A stretch of DNA of 64,000 nucleotides from Octopus vulgaris (GCA_951406725.2 OX597835.1:35774001-35838000), one strand, 5' to 3'. Positions 12,509-27,490 are shown, counted from the stretch's first letter. Translations and numbers: made by a program. The notes: generated by a model from the sequence alone, not told the origin.

Positions 12509-13135
12509 ACATATATATAAATATATACATATATATACGTTTATATATACGTGCACATATATATATATATTTATACACACACACGCGCGTACACACACTC
12601 AAGCACAATTACAACCCTTGGTCGCCAGCCAATAGGGCCGAAGTGGTTATAAACTTTCTTTCCTATAACCCTTTACTTCTCTTATGTTAATGCAAGGGTT
12701 TATAGAACCCTTTATCACTTCTCACGCCCGTTCTAGACCCCGTGAAACAGAGGTTGTGTTTGCTAATGTGTAGGAAATCTGCTTTAAGACGGAATAAAAT
12801 TTTCAGCCCAGAAAGTATAAAAAAGTGAACAAAATAGGTTGGCCCAAGGACCGACAATCCTTGCCGTGTTGGAATAGAACTTATGACAACATTTACCGGT
12901 TGACTAGCGCAACTACTAAGCCAGGCGCTTTCAAACACAGACTGGGACACACGCAAAAACGCATACGTATGTGTACTGATATGTGTATGCATATAAATAC
13001 ATACATATATGAGCATGTGTGTGTATGTGGATGTGGATGTGAATATATACACACACACATATATATATATATGCATACATATATGTATGTGTATATATAT
13101 GTATATGCATATATATATATGTGTGTGTGTGTGTG

Positions 13136-13183
<48 letters not shown>

Positions 13184-13414
13184 TGTATGTATATGCATAT
13201 TTATGTTACTTTATAAAGGCGGAGAGTTACCAAAATGGGGTGTGTATATAACACAAGTACGTAGCAGCACTTCTGCAGGCTCTTTGTGTTCTGGTATAAA
13301 GGTTCAAATTCTGACGAGGTCAACGTTTTCCCCCTTTTCTTTACTCGTGGTCGATAAAATAAGGTAGCGATAATGCGACTGATCGACTAACCACATACAT
13401 ATATACATACATGC

Positions 13415-13489
<75 letters not shown>

Positions 13490-13532
13490 TATATATATAT
13501 AATTATATATATATATATAATTATATATATAT

Positions 13533-13745
13533 AAGGCGAGCTGGCAGAAACGTTAGAACGCCGGGCGAAATGCGTAGCCGTATTTCGTCTGCCGTTACGT
13601 TCTGGGTTCAAATTCCGGTGAGGTCGACTTTGATTTCATCCTTTCGGTGTCGATAAATTAAGTACCAGTTACGCACTGGGGTCGATGTAATCGACTTAAT
13701 CTGTTTGTCTGTCTTCGTTTGTCCCCTTGTGGGTAGTAAAGAAAT
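13533..13745 (+). mobile_element. tRNA-derived SINE, family 4 (AAGGCGAGCTGGCAGAAACGTTAG head; central TTTCATCCTTTCGGGGTCGATAAATTAAGTACCAG)
   Basis: Near-identical to 53284-53515; B-box-like GGTTCAAATTCC. Confidence 0.88.
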
Positions 13746-13985
13746 ATATATATATATATATATATATTTGTGTTTATATGTATATATATATATATATGTA
13801 GCTTTTCTTAAGTTATATTCCTTAGTTGTCGATATGTCATAGGTACAAGTAATTAATCGGACTATCGACTATGCATTAGGCATCGTTATTATCTCCGAGA
13901 CTTAGATATATGTACTTTTTACTGAGTGACCGGACAGAATTTCCTGCTAAACTTCTTATCTTCTGGAATGAAAAGCTCTGCTTAG

Positions 13986-14059
<74 letters not shown>

Positions 14060-14168
14060 GTCTGTCTGTCTATCTGTCTGTGTCTATCTATCTATCTATC
14101 TATCTATCTGTTTGTCTGTCTATCTAACTGTCTATCACTCTCCCTCTCAGTCTCTCTCTCTCTCTCTC

Positions 14169-14207
<39 letters not shown>

Positions 14208-14276
14208 GCATACAAGTAGGCATATACGTAAATAGTATATCGATGTATATGCATGTGTGTGTATACATTTTTGAAT

Positions 14277-14326
<50 letters not shown>

Positions 14327-14523
14327 CCATGCGCATTAAACAAACATTGCGTGAGAATATTAGCTTGTATGTTGAAATACAGTTATGGTCATATACATAG
14401 ATATATGTATACATATATATTCAAATTTGATATATATATATATATATATATATATGTATTTATGTATATATATATGTATATATATGCATATATGTGTGTG
14501 TGTATATATATATATATATACAT

Positions 14524-14602
<79 letters not shown>

Positions 14603-15172
14603 TTAAATAGAATATTTTCTCTGATACAGACTCGTATACTTTCAATGATATAAATAGGTCTACAGATATATCACCAACTAAAGTTTAAACACTTACAATC
14701 GCATCAAATATGCTAGAAATAGCAGCTAAGTTTATCTCTTGTATTCCATGATTAGGCAATAGGATGAACGAATTGTTTATTTGTGTGTACATGTATGAAG
14801 GTGCGCGTGTCAGTGTTTGCGTTTGCGCATGTGTGAGCGTAAGTGTGTATAAAAGATTATTTAACGATGACTTCACGGCGGTGCCACATTATGGCCACCG
14901 CTCTCAACCTAATATAGAAAATACATACATACATACATACATACATACATACACACACACTCACGCGCCCACAAATGTACGGAAACAAGACAATATTATA
15001 GTGAACAGATCAGCCTATAGGAATCGCATAACGTCTATATAGATCCATAGTTGTAATATTTACATCGATAAATACACACACACACACACAGACTCTCTCT
15101 TTATATGAGTGTGTGTGTGTGTAAATAGTTAAATACATATGAGTATACATATATACATAAAAATATACATAC

Positions 15173-15230
<58 letters not shown>

Positions 15231-15239
15231 GTATGTATG

Positions 15240-15271
<32 letters not shown>

Positions 15272-15401
15272 CCATGTGTATAAGCCGGTGGTGAATATGT
15301 ATATGTATATATATATATATATGTATATGTAATAAAATACAAACTGGGACAAGAACGCAAAACATTTAGAAGACGATACAAAAACACGGACATATATATA
15401 T

Positions 15402-15508
15402 ATGTATGTATGTATTTATGTATGTATGTATGTATGTATGTATTTATGTATGTATGTATGTATGTATGTATGTATGTATGTATGTATGTACGTACATACG
15501 TATGTATG

Positions 15509-15542
<34 letters not shown>

Positions 15543-15640
15543 TGTATGTATGTATGTATGTATGTATGTATGTATGTATGTATGTATGTATGTATGTACG
15601 TATGTATGTATGTATATATGTATGTATGTATGTATGTATG
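15402..15640. repeat. (TATG)n microsatellite
   Basis: Direct reading. Confidence 0.95.
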
Positions 15641-16041
15641 CATATATCTCTGAGTATGTCTGTGTTTGTCCCCACCACCATCGTTTGACGACCGATGGTG
15701 GTGTGTTTACGTACCTGTAAATAAGCGGTTCGGTAAAATGGACCGATAGAATAAGTAGTCTTACAAAGACTAAGTCCTGGGTTTGATTTTTTTCGACTAA
15801 AGGCGGTGCTCCAGCAGGGCCGTCGTCCAGATATATATATGTATGTATGTATATATAGGGATTTCGAATTTTGTCACAAGACAAGCAATCACAGAGGGGG
15901 GGACAACGCGATTATATCAAATAGTACGTATTTCATCGACCCCGAAAGAATGAAAGGCAATATCTATGCCGGACGTTTTGGTCAACGCGGAAACGATTTG
16001 GCAGCTAGCAGCATTATACATACATATATATATATACACAC

Positions 16042-16077
<36 letters not shown>

Positions 16078-16096
16078 GTAATATATATATATAAAC

Positions 16097-16149
<53 letters not shown>

Positions 16150-16215
16150 TATACTTTATTTAAAGCAGCAAAAAATTCAACATAACCTGTTACTCTGAGT
16201 TTTCCGTTGCAAAAA

Positions 16216-16253
16216 CTGTCCGATGAACGGCAACGGGAAACTCAGAGTAACAG
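16216..16253 (+). ncRNA. Minimal type I hammerhead (GCAA-loop family, copy 1)
   Basis: ctgt-CCGATGA-acg(gcaa)cgg-GAAAC-TCAGA-GT-A-acag; 4-bp stem I, predicted cut after 16249. Confidence 0.65.
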
Positions 16254-16470
16254 GTTTTGTTGAATTTTCTGCTGCTTTAAATAAAGCATATTACTCTACC
16301 ACTGGTATTTGAGTACTCTTTTTTTCCAGCTTGTTTCAAATTTATGTGTTTATTCCGGTATATATATATATATATAAATATATGTATGTGAGTGTGATGG
16401 TCCCTGCTTGTGTGAACGTTGGGAGATATGTATTGCTAGAAATAACCTTCTATCATGTATCCAACCTTCA

Positions 16471-16671
<201 letters not shown>

Positions 16672-16813
16672 CTGTGTCTGTGTCTGTGTCTGTGTGTGTA
16701 TGCCTGTGTGTGTATATGCATATGTATATGTATATATATATATATACAGAGAGAGAGAGGGAGAGAGGGATAAAGAGAGCGAGAAATAGATAGATAAATA
16801 GATATATAGACAG

Positions 16814-16896
<83 letters not shown>

Positions 16897-17542
16897 GACA
16901 AAGAGAAATTTCAGATTTTTGAATAGGTATGCCAACATATGCGTGTGTGTATGTGTGCCTGCGTTCGTTTGTGTGTGTCTGTATGTGTGTGGGTGTGTGT
17001 CTGCGTAAAATTTCTAAAATTCTATAAAGTGGCATACACCTAAAGATTGGTTTGCAAAAATCTACAGAAATTCGAATTCAGTCAATCCATGTGCATATAC
17101 ATATTCCTATTCATATACATATAAATAGTTGCACACACACACTCACACATGTGCATACGTAATACATACATATATACATATATACATATATGCATATATG
17201 TATAAATCTATCTATCTTATATATATATATATGTCTGCTTTCTGTGTCTTTATATATATATGTATATATATATTCATATTCAAATTATATGCATATATGC
17301 ATACGCATGTGTATGTACACATGCATGTATGTGTATGTGTGTTTGTTTCTGTGTGTGTGTGTGAATATACGGATGCACATAACCTTCAAGATCACTTGAT
17401 CGGTCATCTTTTATCTCAATATCAATGTGTGTGTGAATATATAATTTATATACATAGTATATATATATATGCATGTTTTCATGTATATATATGCATATTA
17501 TATATATGATTTATATGCAAAATATATATATAATATGCATAG

Positions 17543-18095
<553 letters not shown>

Positions 18096-18441
18096 TATAC
18101 ATACACATACAAACACACATATATATATATCCATAACTACATACGTACATTTATGTGTATAACTATGTATGCACACCCGTTTATATATTTATTCCTGAGA
18201 AATATACATGCACATTACGTTTATACATATATATGCGTGTTTGTGTGTGTTTGTGTGTATGAACAGTAGAACCACTCGCCATATCAAAATGCCAGTTGTA
18301 TGTTACTCCTAGTTTTAAGTAGACCCTCCGCCAGCAGGTTTCCGGTGCAAGGGTCTGCACCCATTATATATATAAATGTATGTATGTACTTATCTATGTA
18401 TGTACATGTGTGTGTGTATCTATCTATCTATCTATCTATCA

Positions 18442-18496
<55 letters not shown>

Positions 18497-19042
18497 TATA
18501 AATATATATATGCATATATATATATGCTATGTATATATATGCTATGTATATAAGTGTTTGTGCCCTTACTTGTTCCCCCATCACAGCCGATCATAGTTTT
18601 TTTTCGTCCCGTAACTTAGCTGTCCAGCATTAAAGGTAGATAAAGGGAACCACGAAAGGAAATGCTTCAGTATATCAGCAGCGCAATGGCATATGTATAT
18701 ATATATATATATACGCGCATCCTTTTGTGTATGTTGATATATATATGTGGATTTTAATATAAATATGTATTGCAGTATTTATAACAGGTTTAATTTCTAT
18801 GCATTAATTTGTACTGTCTTCATTGACGGCAATAGGTTTTTTCCTCGGTTTTTTCCTCGGATTTTATAATTTTTATAAGTTTTTTTATATATATATACAT
18901 ATATTTTTGACCTTTTTGTTTATCGCTCGAAGATTGACCGTTTTTTCTAAAGGGCCAATCAAACAAGTCCATTTCTTTTTAAAGGTGTAGCGTTTGTAAG
19001 AGTATAGATTGAATTAATATATATGTTCCATTCTAGCAAAAA

Positions 19043-19080
19043 CTGTCTGATGAACGGCAACGAGAAACTCAGAGTAACAG
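19043..19080 (+). ncRNA. Minimal type I hammerhead (GCAA-loop family, copy 2; canonical CUGAUGA core)
   Basis: ctgt-CTGATGA-acg(gcaa)cga-GAAAC-TCAGA-GT-A-acag; flanks match 16208-16286. Confidence 0.7.
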
Positions 19081-19113
19081 ATTTTGTTGAATTTTCTGCT
19101 GCTTAAAATAAAG

Positions 19114-19257
<144 letters not shown>

Positions 19258-19513
19258 GAGGGAAAGAGAGAGAGAGTTTGTGTGTATTAGAGTGCGTGTA
19301 ATAGTGTGCGTATATGTCTCTATACTTCCTTTTACTCATAATATGTCGAAGATACAGAGTGAGTCAAAGACCGCGTGTTTCGTGCGTTTGTACTTAAAGG
19401 ACTCGTTTCAAATAAATGTGTTATAACTTTGTTTACAGCATCATTTTCCAGGATAGTTCTGGAACAATCTACTCTCCAGTCTAATACAACTGACCTACGT
19501 ATAAATGTGTATG

Positions 19514-19571
<58 letters not shown>

Positions 19572-19599
19572 AGTGTGTACATATATATATATATATAGA

Positions 19600-19631
<32 letters not shown>

Positions 19632-19673
19632 CATACACACACACACATATATATATATATATATGTATGTATC

Positions 19674-19707
<34 letters not shown>

Positions 19708-20155
19708 CGTAGATACGTGAATATATACATACATACATACATACATACATGTATATATAAATAAATATATATATATATGTATATATATATATATGTGTGT
19801 ATATATACATATCTCTCTCTATATATATATATACGTTCATGTTATCATAGTGTGGGTTATATTTCCATAGACGCGAATATACCTACGTAGAAACAAATAT
19901 ATACTTCGTCTATTTGCGAATTAACATCAGATTTTAATACTGGATATACCACCAATTATATTTCTGTAGTCTGTGCATGTTCTGAACGCAGTGTGTCTTC
20001 TATTATTGTTAACATCTACGGAAGAATATATTTCCCAAGTTTTGAAGTGACAAATTACTTCTATCTCTCGGGGAATCGAAGCTCCTCTACGGATGCACAT
20101 AACATTCAAGCTCGCTTGATCGGTCGCCTTTTATCTCAATATCAATGTTTATGTA

Positions 20156-20312
20156 AGGCGGTGAGCTGGCAGAAACGTTAGCACGTCGGGCGAAATGCTT
20201 AACGTCATTTCGTCTGCCGTTACGTTCTGAGTTCAAATTCCGTCGAGGTCGAATTTGCCCTTCATCCTTTCGGGGTCGATAAATTAAGTACCAGTTGCAT
20301 ACTGAGGTTGGT
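20156..20312 (+). mobile_element. Family 4 SINE, 3'-truncated
   Basis: Homologous to 13533-13745. Confidence 0.85.
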
Positions 20313-20412
20313 CTAAGAATATTGTCGATTAAAATTTTAAATCACTAATTCTTATGCGAAATATTAATGTCGGAAGCGGGACGTTAATCTAGAAATTAAG
20401 CTACAAACACAC

Positions 20413-20515
<103 letters not shown>

Positions 20516-20843
20516 TATATGAACATACCTCACGGCAAGAGGTGCATATAAGGGTAGGTATATCAAACTCCATTCTTCACCGAGTGCCACATATTAGAGG
20601 AGGCTCTCAGTAATAACATTGTAGCAAAACGACGGTGCATTAGCATGGCCGCAGCTCTGAGGTGAAGCTAAAAAAAAAGAATATATATATATGTATATAT
20701 ATGTATGTGTGTGTGTGTGTGTTTGTATATATATATATGCATGTATATACATATATATTCATATATATATATGTGTGTATATATGTATATGTGCTTATAT
20801 ATATAGGTTTATATATATAGTTATGCTAACATACATACATACA

Positions 20844-20885
<42 letters not shown>

Positions 20886-21468
20886 TATATATATACATAT
20901 ATGCGAACGGTGAGAATGAATGCTGAGTATTGTATTTTGTTAAATATATCCTCATAAATATATTACTTTACACACAGTGTGCAGATATATGTGTGTGTAT
21001 GTGTGTTCCTCTCCCTCTCTCTCTCTATATATATATACACACATACATACATACATATATATATATACAATCAGCTTGTGTGTGTGTGCTCCTGCAGATG
21101 CATCTACGCATAATGCATGCAATGTGTGCGCCTATACACAATGCATGATATTGCAGCCCGTCTCAACTTACATTCGCTGTGTACGTGTGTGCGTACAACT
21201 AAACGAACAGGTAAGCGAGCGGTGTATGTTGCGAGCAAGGGAATGTTAGAATGCCAGTTTGTGGAGATGAGAATCCAATTCTCTTATTCCGCCGACTCAC
21301 AGCTCCATGTTAGTAATTTGTCGTTTTAGTGTTGACGTAACAACCAATTACAGTTTTGTCCGAGCCCGCAAGGAATGCCGGGTAAATTATTTCTACGACA
21401 ATTATAACATTTCTTAACACACTTTCGCAGGTGATGGCGAGATTGTTATCATCTATATTGTGTGTGTG

Positions 21469-21500
<32 letters not shown>

Positions 21501-21582
21501 TGTATGTATGTATATATATGCGCATGTGTGTGTATGCATGTATGTATACGTACAACTAAATATTCACATCTGTATGTATGCT

Positions 21583-21998
21583 CTCTCTTTTACTCTTTTA
21601 CTTGTTTCAGACATTAGAGTGTGGCCATGCTGGAGCACCGCCTTTTTAGTCTAGCACATCGACCCCGGGACTTATTCTTTGTAAGCCCAGTACTTATTCT
21701 ATCGGTCTCTTTTGCCGAACCGCTAAGTGACGGGGACGTAAACACACCAGCATCGGTTGTCAAGCAATGCTAGGGGGACAAACACAGACACACAAACACA
21801 CACACATACGTATACATATATATACATATATATACATATATACGACAGGCTTCTTTCCGTCTACCAAATCCACTCACAAGGCATTGGTCGGCCCGGGGCT
21901 ATAGCAGAAGACACTTGCCCAAGATGCCACGTAGTGGGACTGAACCCGGAATCATGTGGTTGGTAAACAAGCTACTTACAACATAGCCACTCCTGCAC
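21583..21998 (-). mobile_element. Family 1 SINE, full length
   Basis: Reverse complement of 24768-25409, from tail (CTCTTTTA)n to head; flanked by a ~30-40 bp direct repeat. Confidence 0.88.
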
Positions 21999-22465
21999 CT
22001 GTATGTATGTATACGTACAACTAAGTATTCACATATGCATACGTACATATACATACCTATATTTGTGTATGTATGTATATATATAATTATATATAATGAG
22101 ATAGGGGTTGAAAATTCAACCCACCATGGGATAATATATATCCAATATACTGCTAGATAGGTACCCAACAAAATTAATACATAGATGTTAAAAATTGTCA
22201 AGCAATCAGTTCATCTATTGTATTAAATGGGTAAAGGTAATAATATTACCGTAAATTAATACTACAAAATTAGAGAATGGAGAAACATACTTAAATCAGT
22301 AAAACATCAACTATCCGATGATACTCAATCCATACTTTAATACACCATTACATATGAGTAAAGGCAATATATAAAATGAAATGAGATATACAGTAATAGT
22401 AAAAGTAAAAAAGATAAAGAGATATAAGTAAAAAATTTCAAATATAATATGCAAATAAAACAAAA

Positions 22466-22573
22466 CTGACAGCTGTTTCGGCAGTGAGGACAGTCATACC
22501 TCATTTAACCTATAAGCCATAAAGGCAGGTATAAATGAGGCATTAACAAGGATGCCCCACGGCCTCTTCAGAG
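22466..22573 (-). ncRNA. Type I hammerhead (left palindrome arm)
   Basis: Minus strand reads ct-CTGAAGA-ggc...gcc-GAAAC-AGCT-GT-C-ag; intact core, palindromic AGCT loop, GUC triplet, short stem I. Confidence 0.65.
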
Positions 22574-22928
22574 AATTAAATTAAATTTGTTATAATAGTG
22601 AAAAAAATTATATAATCATATACATATAAATATAAAAATATAAAAATGTAAAATATAAAAACTTATACATCATAATGCTACACTTATATAATATAATACA
22701 CATTTGTACAAAAAGGAAGGTAAACAGAACAAAATAAAACAAAATATATAACAGTGTATATATTAATATTAATAAGTACCGATATTATACATATTTGGCT
22801 AATAGTTTTTTATTAAAAAAAAAAAAAAAAAAAAAAAAGGGCTAACACATATGGAGATGAAAAATAATAATTAAATCCGTGGTACAGTTCATAAAATTCT
22901 AAAGCTATAAAAGTTAATAAAAATTACT

Positions 22929-22972
<44 letters not shown>

Positions 22973-23023
22973 TAATAATAATAAAAAATACTAAAAATAG
23001 ATTTTTTATTTTTATTATTATTA

Positions 23024-23070
<47 letters not shown>

Positions 23071-23434
23071 AGTAATTTTTATTAACTTTTATAGCTTTAG
23101 AATTTTATGAACTGTACCACGGATTTAATTATTATTTTTCATCTCCATATGTGTTAGCCCTTTTTTTTTTTTTTTTATAAAAAAACTATTAGCCAAATAT
23201 GTATAATATCGGTACTTATTAATATTAATATATACACTGTTATATATTTTGTTTTATTTTGTTCTGTTTACCTTCCATTTTTTGTACAAATGTAATGTAT
23301 TATATTATATAAGTGTAGCATTATGATGTATAAGTTTATTTTTTATATTTTACATTTTTATATTTTTATATTTATATGTATATGATTATATAATTACTGA
23401 TTTTTTTCACTATTATAACAAATTTAATTTAATT

Positions 23435-23623
23435 CTCTGAAGAGGCCGATATGGGGCATCCTGCGTGTTAATGCCATTCCATTTATACCTGCCCCGTATA
23501 TAATATATATATATATTATAAAATATATATATGTGGGTGTGTGTGTGTATGTACGGTATTAAATACACACACACACAGAAACTTGAGGTATGACTGTCCT
23601 CACTCAGCCGAAACAGCTGTCAG
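23435..23623 (+). ncRNA. Type I hammerhead (right palindrome arm, expanded loop II)
   Basis: CTGAAGA at 23437, ggc...gcc stem II, GAAACAGCTGTC at 23610-23621. Confidence 0.55.
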
Positions 23624-24169
23624 TTTTGTTTTATTTGCATATTATATTTGAAATTTTTTACTTATATCTCTTTATCTTTTTATGCTTTTACTATTACTGT
23701 ATATCTCATTTCATTTTATATATTGCCTTTACTCATATGTAATGGTGTATTAAAGTATGGATTGAGTATCATCGGATAGTTGATGTTTTACTGATTTAAG
23801 TATGTTTCTCCATTCTCTAATTTTGGGCATTGATCGGACCGAGGATCTCATACAATACACTAGGTCTAAATACGAAATCACGTGACTTCAAATCGGGCGT
23901 CTAAAACCTCACACCTGAGCTTACACTGGCGTATGGGGAATTTGAATTTTATAAAGCCGGAATAAATGCGAATATGTATTTTATCTGGCATGTTGATGCT
24001 TCTAGCTCGCTGCCTTATCCGGTAAAGAAACAGCGCGAGCTATTGAACATTTCTCAGTTCTGCAGATGGGAGGAAAAAATCTGACCAAAATATCTACGTA
24101 GCAACAACAGAGTATGATCTTATAATTAACGGCACAAATATCAATTAGTGTTATTATTTATGAAGGACA

Positions 24170-24600
24170 AAGGCGGCGAGCTGGCAGGATCGGTCGCACG
24201 CCGGACAAAATGTTTAGCGTCTTTTCGTCCGTCTTTACGTTCTCAGTTCAAATTCCGTCGAGGTTGATTTTGCCTTTTATCCTTCGGGATCGATAAATTA
24301 AATACCAGTCAAACCCTGGGGTCGACCATCCCTCTCCCAAATTTCAGGCCTTGTGCCTATAATAGAAGAAAGAGGATTATTTATAAAAGACGAATGCGGC
24401 GCGCTGGCAGAAACGTTAGCAAGCTGGGGACCTTGCTTAGCGGCGTTTCGTCCGTCATTACGTACCGCTGAGATTGACCTAGCCTTTTATCATTGCACGG
24501 TCGATAAATAAAGTGCTAGTGAAACACTGGGATCGATAAATCGATTATCTCCTCCCAAAAAATTTCAGGTCTTGTGCTTTTAGTAGAAATGATTATTTAG
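24170..24600 (+). mobile_element. Two tandem family 4-related SINE copies
   Basis: Heads GGCGGCGAGCTGGCAG (24172) and GCGGCGCGCTGGCAGAAACGTTAGC (24396), each ending AAATTTCAGG(C/T)CTTGTGC. Confidence 0.8.
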
Positions 24601-24767
24601 AAAGAGAAATATAAATCAGTTTGTTCTCAATAGTAAAAAGGGAAACAGTGATTCACTAAAAGACAAAACAAAAGGAACCAAGAACCTACTGTATATTTTT
24701 CTTTTCTTGAGACTTTGTTGTCATAAGGCTAGTTACCCGGTTCCTCCAACGTATTAGTGATCAACAT

Positions 24768-24966
24768 CAGGAGTGGCTGTGTGGTAAGTAGCTTGCTTAC
24801 CAACCACATGGTTGCGGGCTCAGTCCCACTGCGTTGCACCTTGGGCAAGTGTCTTCTACTATAGCCTCGGGCCGACCAAAGCCTTGTGAGTGGATTTGGT
24901 AGAGGGAAACTGAAAGAAGCCCGTCGTATATATGTGTTTATATATATATATATGTGTGTGTGCGTT

Positions 24967-25010
<44 letters not shown>

Positions 25011-25108
25011 TGTTTGTGTGTGTGTTTGTGTGTGTGCGTGTGTGAGTGTGTGCGTGTGTCAGAGCCTTGTGGGTGGATCTGATAGACGGAAACTGAAAGA
25101 AGCTGTCG

Positions 25109-25153
<45 letters not shown>

Positions 25154-25409
25154 ATGTGTGTTTGTGTGTGTGTGTGTGCTTGTGTGTGTGTGTGTGTGAG
25201 TGTTTGTGTGTCTGTGTTTGTCCACCCAACATCGCTTGGCAACCAATGCTGGTGTGTTTACGTCCCCGTAACTTAGCGGTTCGGCAATAAGACACAGATA
25301 GAATAAGTACTAGGCTTACAAAGAATAAGTCCTGGGGGTCGATTTGCTCGACTAAAGGCGGTGCTCCAGCATGGCCGCAGTCAAATGACTGAAACAAGTA
25401 AAAGAGTAC
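24768..25409 (+). mobile_element. Family 1 SINE, full length, with internal duplication and (TG)n expansion
   Basis: A-box-like TGGCTGTGTGG, B-box-like GGCTCAGTCCC. Segment GCCTTGTG...GGAAACTGAAAGAAGC occurs twice (24881 and 25064); tail AGTAAAAGAGTA. Confidence 0.9.
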
Positions 25410-25649
25410 CCATTTTTGTTACGAAGCTTCGTATCTAAGACGTCCACACACTAAACATCGTAACAGAAATCACTTCTGGCTTTAATTTGTAAAGAATGAC
25501 TCTACAGATATTCTTTACAAATTAAAGCCAGAAGTGATTTCTGTTACGATGTTTAGTGTGTGGACGTCTTAGATACGAAGCTTCGTAACAAAAATGGGTA
25601 CTCTTTTACTTGTTTCAGTCATTTGACTGCGGCCATGCTGGAGCACCGC
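25358..25649. repeat. Perfect palindrome, 140-bp arms with a 12-bp spacer
   Basis: 25358-25497 is the reverse complement of 25510-25649, with no mismatch seen by eye. Confidence 0.95.
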
Positions 25650-26016
25650 GGCTTTTTATAGCACTGCTAACACAGTAGAATGCAGTTTTGCCTTATAAAC
25701 ACATATAATATGCTTTGTAGTATATTATAGTTGCATAACTAAATACTGCGTCCCTATAAGCGATTAATAGGTTACGAAATAGCTTCATATATATTCCTGT
25801 ATGTGTGATTATGTGTGTCCGTGTCTGTGTAGGTGGGTGTGTGTCCGTGTGTCGTGTCGGTGGAGTGATACGTAAGTTTGAACATTGCTTGGTTGCAGTT
25901 AGATAAAAAAAATTAATGGAATGTGGTTGTTGGTATTGTTGTTGGGGGTTGTTGTGGTGACAATAGTGATAAGAGGTGTGAAGAATTGCAGAAATTATAA
26001 GTAGTAGTAGTAGTAA

Positions 26017-26085
<69 letters not shown>

Positions 26086-26246
26086 GTGGAAGAGAAGTAG
26101 AGGAGAAGGAGGAGGAGAAGGAGGAAGAAAAGAAGAAGGAGGAAAAGGAGGAGGAGTAGCAACTGCAGCAGCAGCAGCAGTAGTAGTAGTACTAGTAGTA
26201 GTAGTAGAGTAGCAGCAGCAGCAATAAATACTGGAGATAATAATTC

Positions 26247-26452
26247 TCTTTTCTAAAGGCACAAGAGCTGAAATTTTGGGGGAGGGGACTAGTCGATTAC
26301 ATCAACCCCAGTGTTTCACTGGTACTTGATTTACTGATCCCGAAAGGATGAAAAGGGGAAGTCGACCTCGGCGGAATTTGAACTCAGAATGTAAGAACGG
26401 ACGAAATGCCGTTAAATATTTTGCCCGGCGTATTACAGATTCTGTCAGCTCT
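26247..26452 (-). mobile_element. Family 4-related SINE
   Basis: Reverse complement of the central domain (CCCGAAAGGATGAAA...GTCGACCTCGGCGGAATTTGAACTCAGAA). Confidence 0.85.
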
Positions 26453-26455
26453 CCA

Positions 26456-26533
<78 letters not shown>

Positions 26534-26963
26534 TGATGATAGTAATGAGGAGGAGGAGGGGGAGGGGAGAAGGGGAGAATGGAGGGGAGAGAAAGTGTAG
26601 GGGAGGAGGAGAGGAAGAGGTGGCGGAGAAGAAGATCAAGGAGAAGAAGAAGAAGAAGAAGAAGAAGAAGAAGAAGAAGAAGAAGAAGAAGAAGAAGAAG
26701 AAGAAGAAGAAGAAGAAGAAGAAGAAGAAGAAGAAGAAGAAGAAGAAGAAGAAGAAGAAGAAGAAGAAGAAGAAGAAGAAGAAGAAGAAGAAGAAGAAGA
26801 AGAAGAAGAAGAAGAAGAAGAAGAATGCGAACAATAATATAAGTAGATCACAGGAACAAGAAAATCGAAAATTCAAGAAAAGAACTTTAAAAAGAAGAAA
26901 AAGAAGAAGAAGAAGAAGAAGAAGAAGAAGAAGAAGAAGAAGAAGAAGAAGAAGAAGAAGAAG

Positions 26964-26998
<35 letters not shown>

Positions 26999-27040
26999 AC
27001 CAACAGCAATAACAAGAACTGCAGCAACAACAACAACAAC
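26456..27040. repeat. Compound triplet tract (ACT)n(AAT)n(GAG)n(AAG)n(AAC)n
   Basis: Direct reading; ~180 bp of pure (AAG)n at 26643-26825. Confidence 0.95.
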
Positions 27041-27440
27041 AAGACATCGGCGAAGAGAGGAAGCGGTAGAGTTAGGAGCTAGAGGAAAGATGAAAATGTG
27101 GACGCCCGCCATGTTTTTCCATCACAGCTAAGGTAATCGAATCTCCTTTGTTGAAGAGATCTTTGCAAGTGATATTGCACTTTGACTGGCTTTCCTAAGG
27201 AAACATCCGGGTATGTTACAGTTCTTCTCTTCTATAGGCTATCATTAGAATAGAATCAATCTGCCTTAGTTTCCTGTTGGAGTCTCAACTCTACAAGACA
27301 GACCAATTTAATGCCACTCATTGTTGCCATAATAGATATTTCTGGATTGCTATATTTAATGTGTGGCATTTTATTTTATGATGTTATTATGCCGAGAATC
27401 TTAACGCATTCGCATACACACCATGCCGCATACGCCTGCA

Positions 27441-27490
<50 letters not shown>

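Larger units (their letters stand above)
22265..23825. repeat. ~1.56 kb imperfect palindrome (inverted duplication of an AT-rich, hammerhead-bearing unit)
   Basis: 22265 CAAAATTAGAGAATGG... is the reverse complement of ...CCATTCTCTAATTTTG 23825. Centre is near 22990-23000 between (AAT)n and (ATT)n. Confidence 0.95.
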
